IMG/VR virus record: IMGVR_UViG_3300005404_000025 | Location: 1 to 26,501 of that record | Length of the DNA: 26,501 nucleotides | Reading direction: 5' to 3' (one strand) | DNA from: a virus | Taxonomy: Duplodnaviria > Caudoviricetes | Shown here: one piece after another, positions 16,122 to 24,577 of the stretch | How the letters are laid out: each line of letters begins with the position of its first letter | How positions within the stretch are numbered: the stretch's first letter is position 1 | The notes under the pieces: generated by a model | What the model was told of the DNA's origin: nothing | The model's database searches: none | The model's input: the letters and a program-made list of their open reading frames with translations, nothing else | Made by a program: the position numbers and the translations under genes

Positions 16122-16813
16122 TAGATTATAGTCTTTATAAAAATCCTACAGAAGAAGTTAAAGAAGCTGTTTTAAAGTCAGCTGATTACAGTATGACTAG
16201 TGGCAGACGTTTGGCGCATACATACGTTGCTGTGCAACAGCTAGACGCCAATAAGATAGAAGGTGACATAGTAGAGTGCGGTGTATGGAAAGGCGGACAA
16301 ATTATATCTGCCTGGTTAGCAAACACAAATAGTAAAAGAAAGTTTTGGTTATTTGATACGTTTGAAGGAATGACTACACCAACTGATAATGATTTTAGAT
16401 TACAAGCTGACGGAGTTACTAGAGGTTATGCTAAAGATAGTGGTAAAGCAAAACGTGGTTTCGATCAATGGTGCAGATCAGAAATACAAGAAGTAAAAGA
16501 AAACTTATCAAAATTTAATATGCCTATGGAACAAACAACATTTGTTAAAGGCGACATTGTACAAACATTAAACGATCCAAAAAATATTCCAGATAAAATT
16601 GCACTATTAAGACTAGATACAGATTGGTATGAGTCAACATTAAAGGAATTACAAGTACTTTGGCCTAAATTGGTTGTAGGCGGATATATGGTAATGGACG
16701 ATTATGGAAGTTGGCAAGGTAGTAAAAAAGCCTTTCATGAGGTGTTTGGAAATAAGCTAGAGATATATAATATTGATGGTAAGGCAATATACGTAAAGAA
16801 AGAAGTAGCATGA
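16118..16813 (+). CDS. TylF/MycF/NovP-family sugar O-methyltransferase
   Basis: IEGDIVECGVWKGG, LFDTFEGM, IALLRLDTDWYEST and LVVGGYMVMDDYG. Confidence 0.92.
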   Translation: MIDYSLYKNPTEEVKEAVLKSADYSMTSGRRLAHTYVAVQQLDANKIEGDIVECGVWKGGQIISAWLANTNSKRKFWLFDTFEGMTTPTDNDFRLQADGVTRGYAKDSGKAKRGFDQWCRSEIQEVKENLSKFNMPMEQTTFVKGDIVQTLNDPKNIPDKIALLRLDTDWYESTLKELQVLWPKLVVGGYMVMDDYGSWQGSKKAFHEVFGNKLEIYNIDGKAIYVKKEVA

Positions 16814-17526
16814 GCAACAGAGTATTTGTAGGGTATGACACAAGAGAAGATATTGCATATCAAGTTTGTGAGCATAGCATATGGCAACATAACAAAGACA
16901 TAGAAGTTATTCCATTAAAGCAAAAAGAATTAAGAGATAATAAATTATATTGGAGAGGTGAAGATAAACTTGCTAGTACAGAGTTTACTTTTACACGTTT
17001 CTTAATTCCACACTTAATGAATTACGAAGGTTGGGCATTATTTTGTGATAGTGATATAGTATTCTTAGAAGATGTAGATAATTTATTTGCACTAGCAGAT
17101 GACAAGTATGCTGTTATGTGTGTACAACATGACTACACACCTAAACCAGGAACAAAGATGGACGGACAAGTACAAACACAATATCCTAGAAAGAATTGGT
17201 CAAGTGTAGTACTATGGAACTGTGGACATCCTAGCAATCAAAAAATTACAGTAGATATGGTTAACAATCCTAACTATGATGGAAAATACTTTCATAGATT
17301 TAGTTGGTTAGACGATAGTGAAGTAGGAGCTCTGCCAACTGATTGGAACTTTCTAGTTGGTTGGTATGAGCCTGATGGCATTACTGATGTTGTAGAAAAG
17401 AATGATGGAACTCCTAGGGCTTTACACTATACAGAAGGCGGACCATGGTTTAAAAATTATAGAAATTGCGAATTCCATCAAACTTGGAAAGATGTACTTT
17501 CTGATATGATGGGGAATAAAAAATGA
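16810..17526 (+). CDS. GT-A glycosyltransferase (GT8-related, CDI-like)
   Basis: VFVGYDTRE, STEFTFTRFLIP, DxD motif LFCDSDIVF, YPRKNWSSVVLWNCGHP and LHYTEGGPWF. Confidence 0.85.
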   Translation: MSNRVFVGYDTREDIAYQVCEHSIWQHNKDIEVIPLKQKELRDNKLYWRGEDKLASTEFTFTRFLIPHLMNYEGWALFCDSDIVFLEDVDNLFALADDKYAVMCVQHDYTPKPGTKMDGQVQTQYPRKNWSSVVLWNCGHPSNQKITVDMVNNPNYDGKYFHRFSWLDDSEVGALPTDWNFLVGWYEPDGITDVVEKNDGTPRALHYTEGGPWFKNYRNCEFHQTWKDVLSDMMGNKK

Positions 17527-18518
17527 GTAATGGCGAATGGGATCCGAGGCATTTAACACCTGAGATGAAAGAAGTAATTAACGAAATATTATACGGAGTA
17601 GCTATTGGTGACAATAGACACGCCATTGAAGCAATTAATAAAGTATTCGAAGACGTAAAGAATCCTAAAGTTATTTGTATAGATAGCGGTATTAAAAAAG
17701 TAGAAAAGAAAGTCAAAGGTTCATTTGGAATTGTTGACTCCTTTATTATGAGTATGGCACTAGGTAGTGGCGGAAAATATATTAGAGCAGATGACGTAAA
17801 TGATTATTGGGATCATCCTGCTCCTTTTTTAGTTAGAGGGTTAGGTAAACAAAAGATTATTAAAGAATGTATTGCACGTAAAAAAGACTTTTACTTTATG
17901 GATACAGGTTACTTAGGTAACAATCCTAGTCCAAGAAACCCTAACGGTAAAAAGACTTATCATAGAATTGTAAAAAATGCATTACAAAATCTTCATATGC
18001 CAGATAGAGAATTATGGCCACAACAGTTCGGTGGAGAACGTTTTAAACAATTAGGAATACAATTTAAAGATCATACACCAGGACGTAAAGTTTTAATTGT
18101 TCCACCAAGTGAAAAAGTAATGAAATACTTTGAAGAAGACTTGGATCAATGGATTCAGAATACAATTATAACTATTAAGAAACATACTTCAAGACCAGTT
18201 GAAGTACGTAAGAAGCCAAGTAGAGAAGCTCGTGTTAGTAGTAGCACAATGGAACAAGCATTAGAAGAGGACGTACATTGTATGGTAACTTATAATAGTA
18301 TCGCGGCCTTAGAAGCAATGGTATATGGTAAACCTGCAATAGTATTAGGACCAAACTGTGCTCAAGACATTTGCGAAACTAAAATTGAAAGAATAGAATT
18401 TATTAAACACCCTGGTAGAAAAGCATTAACGTGGCTTTGTAGATACCTCAGCAATAACCAATTTACTTATGAAGAAATGATAAGTGGTCATGCTTGGAGG
18501 ACGTTACAATGCGAGTAA
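17523..18518 (+). CDS. Putative GT-B glycosyltransferase, KpsS/KpsC capsule-biosynthesis-like (paralog 1)
   Basis: YFMDTGYL, VLIVPPS, PVEVRKKP and MVTYNSIAALEAMVYGKPAIVLG resemble the T-x-N-S...EA...GKP signature. Confidence 0.6.
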   Translation: MSNGEWDPRHLTPEMKEVINEILYGVAIGDNRHAIEAINKVFEDVKNPKVICIDSGIKKVEKKVKGSFGIVDSFIMSMALGSGGKYIRADDVNDYWDHPAPFLVRGLGKQKIIKECIARKKDFYFMDTGYLGNNPSPRNPNGKKTYHRIVKNALQNLHMPDRELWPQQFGGERFKQLGIQFKDHTPGRKVLIVPPSEKVMKYFEEDLDQWIQNTIITIKKHTSRPVEVRKKPSREARVSSSTMEQALEEDVHCMVTYNSIAALEAMVYGKPAIVLGPNCAQDICETKIERIEFIKHPGRKALTWLCRYLSNNQFTYEEMISGHAWRTLQCE

Positions 18519-19441
18519 TAGCATATACAAAAGTTATTCCACCTGGAAAATCATTAAAGCCTGGTAAGTCTAATCACAAGTATGACATATTAAAAAATTA
18601 TGTTGATGGGGTTCGCATGGCTGGCGACAATGGTTTACTATACGATGGTTTTGAAATGATGGATTGTGATGTTGCAATTATGCAAGGCTTTTTACACGAC
18701 AATAGTGCCCACGTTCCACATATTAATTTACGTAGAAATATTACAATGAACACACGTAATAAAGCATTTATTACAGCAGACAGTAATTTATTTTTATACA
18801 AAGCAAGACAAAACGAACCACATCATTACTTACGTTATAGTATTAATGGTGTGTTTAATGATACAGGAGAGTATTGTAATGATGCTCCTACTGATCAACA
18901 ATGGAATAAAATTAAAAGAGATTTAGGTGTTGAATTAAAGCCTTGGAGCATTAATGAAAGAGAACACGTACTACTTTGCTTACAACGTAATGGCGGCTGG
19001 AGTATGAAAGGTAAAGACGTTGTTGTTTGGGCTAATCATAAAATTGCTGAAATAAGAAAGTATACTACAAGACCTATTATTGTAAGACCACACCCTGGAG
19101 ATAAAAAAGCACCAGAGTATATTAAAAAGATATCAGGTGAAAATGTTAGAGTTAGTTTTGAACCAATGATAGAACACGACCTTGCAAAGAGTATGGTAAC
19201 TATTGGATTTAATAGTAGCCCATTAGTAGCAAGTGTTATAGAAGGTGTTCCAATTATTGTTGAAGATGCACAAGGTAGCCAAGTAGGAGATGTAGCACAT
19301 AAAAGTTTATCAGAAATTAGTAAGCTAGGTCCAATAGACAGAGAAAGTTGGATAAGAAAGATTGCACAATGCCATTGGAGTTTTGCAGATTTACGTAGTG
19401 GCGAATGTTGGCAACATATGAAAAGGTATTTAAAGATATGA
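18509..19441 (+). CDS. Putative GT-B glycosyltransferase, KpsS/KpsC-like (paralog 2)
   Basis: Start moved to ATG 18509 (SD GGAGG at 18496-18500). Motifs VLLCLQ, PIIVRPHPGD and IGFNSSPLVASVIEGVPII. Confidence 0.62.
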   Translation: MRVIAYTKVIPPGKSLKPGKSNHKYDILKNYVDGVRMAGDNGLLYDGFEMMDCDVAIMQGFLHDNSAHVPHINLRRNITMNTRNKAFITADSNLFLYKARQNEPHHYLRYSINGVFNDTGEYCNDAPTDQQWNKIKRDLGVELKPWSINEREHVLLCLQRNGGWSMKGKDVVVWANHKIAEIRKYTTRPIIVRPHPGDKKAPEYIKKISGENVRVSFEPMIEHDLAKSMVTIGFNSSPLVASVIEGVPIIVEDAQGSQVGDVAHKSLSEISKLGPIDRESWIRKIAQCHWSFADLRSGECWQHMKRYLKI

Positions 19442-20253
19442 ACATAACAGTTGTAACAACGTTTCATCAACCAGGACTAGAACAATATGGTCAACGTTTT
19501 ATTGATTCATTTTGTGAAAAAGTTGATCCAAGAATTAAACTAAATGTATATGCAGAGAAATGTATTCCTGTTAATCCAGACGAAAGCAGAGTAACAATAT
19601 ATGATGCTGATGCAACATTACCTGACTTACAAAAATTTAAAAACGAATGGGGACAAGTTCCTAAAGCTAATGGCAAATGTCCTTGGCCTGAAAGAAGACC
19701 AAGAGATAATCATAAAGAATTTAAATGGGACGCAGTTAGATTTGCTAACAAAGTTTATGCTGTATTCCATGAAGCAAAGAAAGACGACACAGACATACTA
19801 GTATGGATGGACGCAGATACTTACGTACATAGTCCTATTACATATGGTGAGTTTAGATTGTTAGTACCTGCAACTGCATGGCTACACTATTTAGGTAGAA
19901 ATAAAAAATGGCCTGAGTGTGGCTTTTATGGTCTTACATTACGTAGTCCAGGTTGCGATGCTTTCCTTAAAGAGTTTCAACGTGTATACGATGAGGCAGA
20001 ACAAGGAATATTTTTAATGGAAGAATGGCACGATAGTTATGTATTCTGGGAAGTCTTAAAGAAGATCACACCGACACATGGTAACGTAAAAGACTTTAGC
20101 GGACATTTAGTAAATGGCGAAGGACACCCACTTATCAACTGTGAACTCGGTAAGTACTTTGACCACTTGAAAGGAGTTCGTAAATCAGAAGGACGTAGTA
20201 GAAAAAGAGACCTACTACAACCTCGTAGCGAAACGTATTGGAATGAAGTTTAG
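19438..20253 (+). CDS. Putative GT-A nucleotide-diphospho-sugar transferase
   Basis: Start moved to ATG 19438 (ATGA overlap). Motifs ITVVTTF, WDAVRFANKVYA, DxD motif LVWMDADT, ECGF, EWHDSYVF and DHLKG. Confidence 0.7.
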   Translation: MNITVVTTFHQPGLEQYGQRFIDSFCEKVDPRIKLNVYAEKCIPVNPDESRVTIYDADATLPDLQKFKNEWGQVPKANGKCPWPERRPRDNHKEFKWDAVRFANKVYAVFHEAKKDDTDILVWMDADTYVHSPITYGEFRLLVPATAWLHYLGRNKKWPECGFYGLTLRSPGCDAFLKEFQRVYDEAEQGIFLMEEWHDSYVFWEVLKKITPTHGNVKDFSGHLVNGEGHPLINCELGKYFDHLKGVRKSEGRSRKRDLLQPRSETYWNEV

Positions 20254-21088
20254 TTTATTTAGAGCCTATGGTGCACAAAATTCAGAACCAGTGTTTGATG
20301 CTTTTGCAAACAGTCTTACTAGTGCTGGGCATACCGTTATTGATAATACTTACGATTGCGATGTTGGCGTTATTTGGTCTGTGCTTTGGCACGGTAGAAT
20401 GGCTGGAAACAAAAAAGTCTGGGACGACTTACACGCCCTCGGCAAGAAAGTTATCGTCCTTGAAGTCGGAGGACTAAAGCGAGGAACTACTTGGAAAGTA
20501 GCTATTGGCGGAATTAATAGAGAAGCTATCTTTGGTCCAAAAGGTAATGGACCTGAACGTGCAAATAAATTAGGCTTACAATTAAAGCCTTGGTCACTAG
20601 GCGGCGATAGAATAATTATTTGTGGACAACACGATAAAAGTCACCAGTGGAGGAACCTTCCTAACATGACTGCTTGGTTAGGAAATACAATCAATACAAT
20701 TAGAGAATATACTGATATGCCAATAGTATGGAGACCTCACCCAAGATGTCCTGTTCCTATGATAGAACACGATCACAAAAGAGTAGAAAGACAAACACCA
20801 TCACAAGTTAAAGACACATATGACGACTTTGACTTTAGTTGTACAGGTGCTTATGCAGTTGTAAACTGGTCTAGTAACCCTGCCACAGAAGCAGTAATGA
20901 ATGGAGTTCCTGTATTTGTTGGACCAGATAGTTTAGCATATGATGTAGGAAACTTAAATTTAAATACAATAGGAATGCCAAAACGTCCTGATAGAACTCA
21001 ATGGCTTAATGATATTGCTTATACAGAGTGGACATTGGAAGAAATATCTGCAGGATTACCGCTAAATCGCTTGACTTCTTATCTATAA
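20243..21088 (+). CDS. Putative GT-B glycosyltransferase, KpsS/KpsC-like (paralog 3)
   Basis: IVLEVGGL, IIICGQHDKS, PIVWRPHPR and VVNWSSNPATEAVMNGVPVFV. The C-terminus DRTQWLNDIAYTEWTLEEISAG is shared in pattern with paralogs 1 and 2. Confidence 0.65.
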   Translation: MKFSLFRAYGAQNSEPVFDAFANSLTSAGHTVIDNTYDCDVGVIWSVLWHGRMAGNKKVWDDLHALGKKVIVLEVGGLKRGTTWKVAIGGINREAIFGPKGNGPERANKLGLQLKPWSLGGDRIIICGQHDKSHQWRNLPNMTAWLGNTINTIREYTDMPIVWRPHPRCPVPMIEHDHKRVERQTPSQVKDTYDDFDFSCTGAYAVVNWSSNPATEAVMNGVPVFVGPDSLAYDVGNLNLNTIGMPKRPDRTQWLNDIAYTEWTLEEISAGLPLNRLTSYL

Positions 21089-21099
21089 TCTAGTATAAT
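21071..21099 (+). promoter_or_regulatory. Near-consensus sigma70 promoter, probably giving a leaderless transcript
   Basis: TTGACT(21071-21076), 17 nt spacer, TATAAT(21094-21099). ATG is 7 nt downstream at 21107, no SD. Confidence 0.8.
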
Positions 21100-21106
21100 A
21101 CTAGTT

Positions 21107-22393
21107 ATGCATAAGAGAACTATCACCAAAAAAGCCCTCAATACAGAAGACTGTTTAGAATTGGCCGCTGGGATAAGTGAATTAAAATATTCACCTGATC
21201 CTGAGTTATCCAAACTACAGAACTTCCACTTGCATGAAGACAATGCAAATATAATGTTTAGTATCGCTAAACAAGTATTTCGAGGCACGGCTCTTACTGC
21301 TAAACAGTATTCATTAGTTAAAAAGTTATTAACTGAATACTATGTAGATCAATTCAGTGCCCATGAAATTGACCTACATGAAGCCGTGGAAAAATTAAGA
21401 TTTCCACTGCGGGAAATAGATAGTAGTCATTGGATTAAGTTTGTAGAATACAAAGGCGAGAAAATGATTGCTATCCGTTTTCCGTTTAATAAAAAAGTAA
21501 TCAAGTATATTGAAGAACTAAAAAATAAAACTGACAAAGATTACTTTTACGACAAGCATACACATTACTTTCCGTTAAAAGAAAAGTACATTTGGAAGTT
21601 AGTTGAAGTTGCAAGTAAGTTTGATAAGCAGTTTGATATTGACGAATCAATATTAGATATACACAAACAGTTAAAAGTTTTTGACGACAATCCACAAGAC
21701 TATGTACCGGGCATTTATAAATTTAACTTTCAAAACTATCCACAATCAGGTATTGATATTTGTTTAGATGAACTAGGACAACCTAACTATAAAAATATAT
21801 TTCAATACTATGATAGAAGACATTACTACGGAATAAATCATTTTGACTTAGATGCAGTAGCAGAAAGTATAAAAGATAAATCCGAACTAACTAAAAAAAT
21901 TGTTAATAGAGCAAGTAGTCTTGTTTGTGTTAATAGTACTACTTGGCCATTGGAAGAGTTAGTTAAAAGTATTGATGAAATGAATAGGTATCCATTAATG
22001 ATAATGGTTAGTCCAAAAGACAGTTATGGCGAAGTAACAAAGATGCATAACTTGTTAAGAAACTTTATTGATACTAAACAAATGGCCGTTTTGTTTAGAT
22101 TGGACAGTAAGATAGGTAATGATGCTATACAATTTAACCAATATGTCAAGGCTCAGGGATTAAATAATAGTGTTGACAAAAATACAAAAGTAGTGTATAT
22201 TAGTAATAATAAGATTCCGAAGCCTATATTAAAAATACAAGGCTGGAAACCAAAAGGCATTTTCACACTAGGCAGTAATAAATTCTCTCATAACATTGAG
22301 AGTTTTGTCAGCTCACAGAATCTTATTATACAATATGACGCAGACGCAAGTCCGCATTATAGTTATGGAACAGTAAAAGCAGAAATAATATAA
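21107..22393 (+). CDS. Hypothetical protein coupled to UvsW (possible HARP-like domain)
   Basis: 428 aa ORF ending 1 nt before the helicase ATG. No confident family. Confidence 0.75.
   Translation: MHKRTITKKALNTEDCLELAAGISELKYSPDPELSKLQNFHLHEDNANIMFSIAKQVFRGTALTAKQYSLVKKLLTEYYVDQFSAHEIDLHEAVEKLRFPLREIDSSHWIKFVEYKGEKMIAIRFPFNKKVIKYIEELKNKTDKDYFYDKHTHYFPLKEKYIWKLVEVASKFDKQFDIDESILDIHKQLKVFDDNPQDYVPGIYKFNFQNYPQSGIDICLDELGQPNYKNIFQYYDRRHYYGINHFDLDAVAESIKDKSELTKKIVNRASSLVCVNSTTWPLEELVKSIDEMNRYPLMIMVSPKDSYGEVTKMHNLLRNFIDTKQMAVLFRLDSKIGNDAIQFNQYVKAQGLNNSVDKNTKVVYISNNKIPKPILKIQGWKPKGIFTLGSNKFSHNIESFVSSQNLIIQYDADASPHYSYGTVKAEII
22173..22201 (+). promoter_or_regulatory. Candidate internal sigma70 promoter upstream of uvsW
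   Basis: TTGACA(22173-22178), 17 nt spacer, TATATT(22196-22201). Shares TAGTGTA at the -10 junction with the SSB promoter. Confidence 0.5.
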
Positions 22394-22394
22394 T

Positions 22395-23852
22395 ATGGTA
22401 AGTTGTAGAATAATAATCCAAGACGAAGTTAATGTGAAGGTAGAGAATCTGCCCGTTGAGTATAGACGGAAAATAGCTAACAAGCTAAAGTTCCAAGTAC
22501 CTTATGCACGTTATCTTCCACAATACAAATTAGGGAGATGGGATGGAACTGTGGCTTTTTTCGGAATTGGCGGTACTGGTTATGTTAATCATCTTGATAT
22601 CATTGTAAACACACTTGTTGACGCAGGTGTTGAAATTGCAGAGATAAAAGATAACCGAGTAAAGCACGAACTATCATTTGAAGCTATTGATGAAAACTAT
22701 TGGTCACATAAGACTTGGCCAAAAGGTCATCCAGCAGAAGGCGAACAAATTATACTTCGTGACTACCAAGTCGAAACAATTAATAAATTTGTGGAAACCC
22801 CACAATGCTTACAAGAGGTTGCCACTGGTGCAGGTAAAACTATTATTACTGCTACACTATCGCATATATGCGAGAAGATAGGTAGAACATTAGTTATTGT
22901 ACCAAACAAATCACTTGTAACACAAACAGAAGAAGATTACATTAACGTCGGATTAGATGTCGGCGTTTATTTTGGCGATAGAAAAGAACTAGGCAAAACA
23001 CATACAATCTGTACTTGGCAAAGTTTAAACATACTTGATAAGAAAACAAAAGACGGCGAGGCTAAACTAACACTAGCAGAATTTTTAGAAGGCGTAGAAA
23101 CAATTATTATAGATGAAGTACACCAAGCAAAGGCAGATGTATTAAAAAAATTATTAACTCAAAACTTAAGAAATGCTCCAATACGTTGGGGATTAACTGG
23201 AACTATACCTAAAGAACAATTTGAATTTCAAAGTATTCTAGCAAGTATAGGACCTGTAATAAATCAGATTAGTGCAAAAGAATTACAAGACAAAGGAGTA
23301 TTATCCAAGTGTCACGTAAACGTTGTACAACTGTTAGACACAACTGTTTATAACTCATATCAAGAAGAACTAAAGTATCTTGTTACAAACAAAGATAGAG
23401 TAAAGTACTTGGCAAAGATGTGTAGTGGTATTAAAGATAGTGGTAACACATTAATTCTAGTGGATAGGATTAGTGCTGGTGAACAATTACAGGCGGCTAT
23501 TCCTAATTCAGTTTTTATTAAAGGTGATGTAAAACTTAAAGATAGAAAGGAGCAGTACGATGAAATCAAAGAAGCGACAAACAAAGTCCTCATTGCGACG
23601 TACGGTGTTGCAAGTGTTGGCATCAATATTCCTCGTATTTTTAATCTGGTTCTTATTGAGCCTGGGAAGTCTTTCGTAAGAGTTATACAAAGTATAGGCA
23701 GAGGCATAAGAAAGGCCGAAGATAAAGATTTTGTGCAGATATGGGATTTAACTAGCTCATGCAAATATGCAAAGAGACATTTAACATCTCGCAAAAAGTT
23801 TTATAAAGAAGCACAATATCCTTTTACAATAGAAAAGGTTGATTGGTCATGA
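22395..23852 (+). CDS. uvsW: Superfamily 2 DNA helicase (T4 UvsW-like)
   Basis: YKLGRWDG, LRDYQ, ATGAGKT, IIIDEVHQAKA, GLTGT, SVGINIPRI and QSIGRGIR. Confidence 0.92.
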   Translation: MVSCRIIIQDEVNVKVENLPVEYRRKIANKLKFQVPYARYLPQYKLGRWDGTVAFFGIGGTGYVNHLDIIVNTLVDAGVEIAEIKDNRVKHELSFEAIDENYWSHKTWPKGHPAEGEQIILRDYQVETINKFVETPQCLQEVATGAGKTIITATLSHICEKIGRTLVIVPNKSLVTQTEEDYINVGLDVGVYFGDRKELGKTHTICTWQSLNILDKKTKDGEAKLTLAEFLEGVETIIIDEVHQAKADVLKKLLTQNLRNAPIRWGLTGTIPKEQFEFQSILASIGPVINQISAKELQDKGVLSKCHVNVVQLLDTTVYNSYQEELKYLVTNKDRVKYLAKMCSGIKDSGNTLILVDRISAGEQLQAAIPNSVFIKGDVKLKDRKEQYDEIKEATNKVLIATYGVASVGINIPRIFNLVLIEPGKSFVRVIQSIGRGIRKAEDKDFVQIWDLTSSCKYAKRHLTSRKKFYKEAQYPFTIEKVDWS

Positions 23853-24073
23853 AGAAATTTGTTGTCGAAATTAATGTTGGAGACGAAGTTATGGTTGGTA
23901 AGTTTAGAAACGTAACAACTAAAATTAAAGACATTAGTCTCGACAACAAAGGTCAACCCGTAATAACAACGAGTAAAGGACCTAAGAATTTGTTTAGTTG
24001 TCGGTTATCAAAGCTAGACCCTGACACAGGTAAACTAACTCCCAAACAGATAATGAGAATGAAAAAAGAATGA
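23849..24073 (+). CDS. Small basic hypothetical protein
   Basis: Start at ATG 23849 (ATGA overlap with the uvsW stop). 74 aa, beta-rich pattern INVGDEVMVGKF, also overlaps the next gene by ATGA. Confidence 0.7.
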   Translation: MKKFVVEINVGDEVMVGKFRNVTTKIKDISLDNKGQPVITTSKGPKNLFSCRLSKLDPDTGKLTPKQIMRMKKE

Positions 24074-24576
24074 GAATATTAACATTAGACAACGAAACGT
24101 TCCTATTGAATAATTTGCCTGAAGAATTAAAAGAAGATGTCCGCTTTAGTGTATTAGATAATAGTAACCCAAAAGAACCAGACTTTTATTTTATACCCTT
24201 GATATTTCTAGAAAGTTTTAACAGCCCTGCTGTCGTACTAGAAATAAATGGACACGAAATTACTATGCCAGTTGATTGGAGTCTAGCAGTAGGCGACCAT
24301 GAAGGCGGAGGTGATATAGAAGTTCTACCATTAACAAGTTTAAATGATAGAGGCTTTGAAGCATTTCTTTTTAACCCTTTGTCAAGCTATACAATGAATT
24401 GGGGACAAGTAAAAATAGTAAACTTTTATAATGATATGAAATGGTACTTTCCAAAAACTAAAAATGGACAGTTACTAGGAGTTCCAATAACAGAAGGAGA
24501 GAAGCCACTATGTGCTTGGTTTATAAAAGATATATCAAGACAAAGTGAAACAATAGATTACGGCTTATTAATTTAG
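24070..24576 (+). CDS. Hypothetical protein, possible degenerate Hint-fold domain
   Basis: 168 aa. The hydrophobic pattern follows intein/Hint blocks but the catalytic residues are missing. The ORF is solid; the fold call is tentative. Confidence 0.6.
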   Translation: MRILTLDNETFLLNNLPEELKEDVRFSVLDNSNPKEPDFYFIPLIFLESFNSPAVVLEINGHEITMPVDWSLAVGDHEGGGDIEVLPLTSLNDRGFEAFLFNPLSSYTMNWGQVKIVNFYNDMKWYFPKTKNGQLLGVPITEGEKPLCAWFIKDISRQSETIDYGLLI

Positions 24577-24577
24577 T

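Noticed and set aside
18494-23851. ORF-track starts at 18494, 19405 and 23843
   Set aside because: Downstream ATGs at 18509 (GGAGG SD), 19438 and 23849 (ATGA overlaps) fit better.
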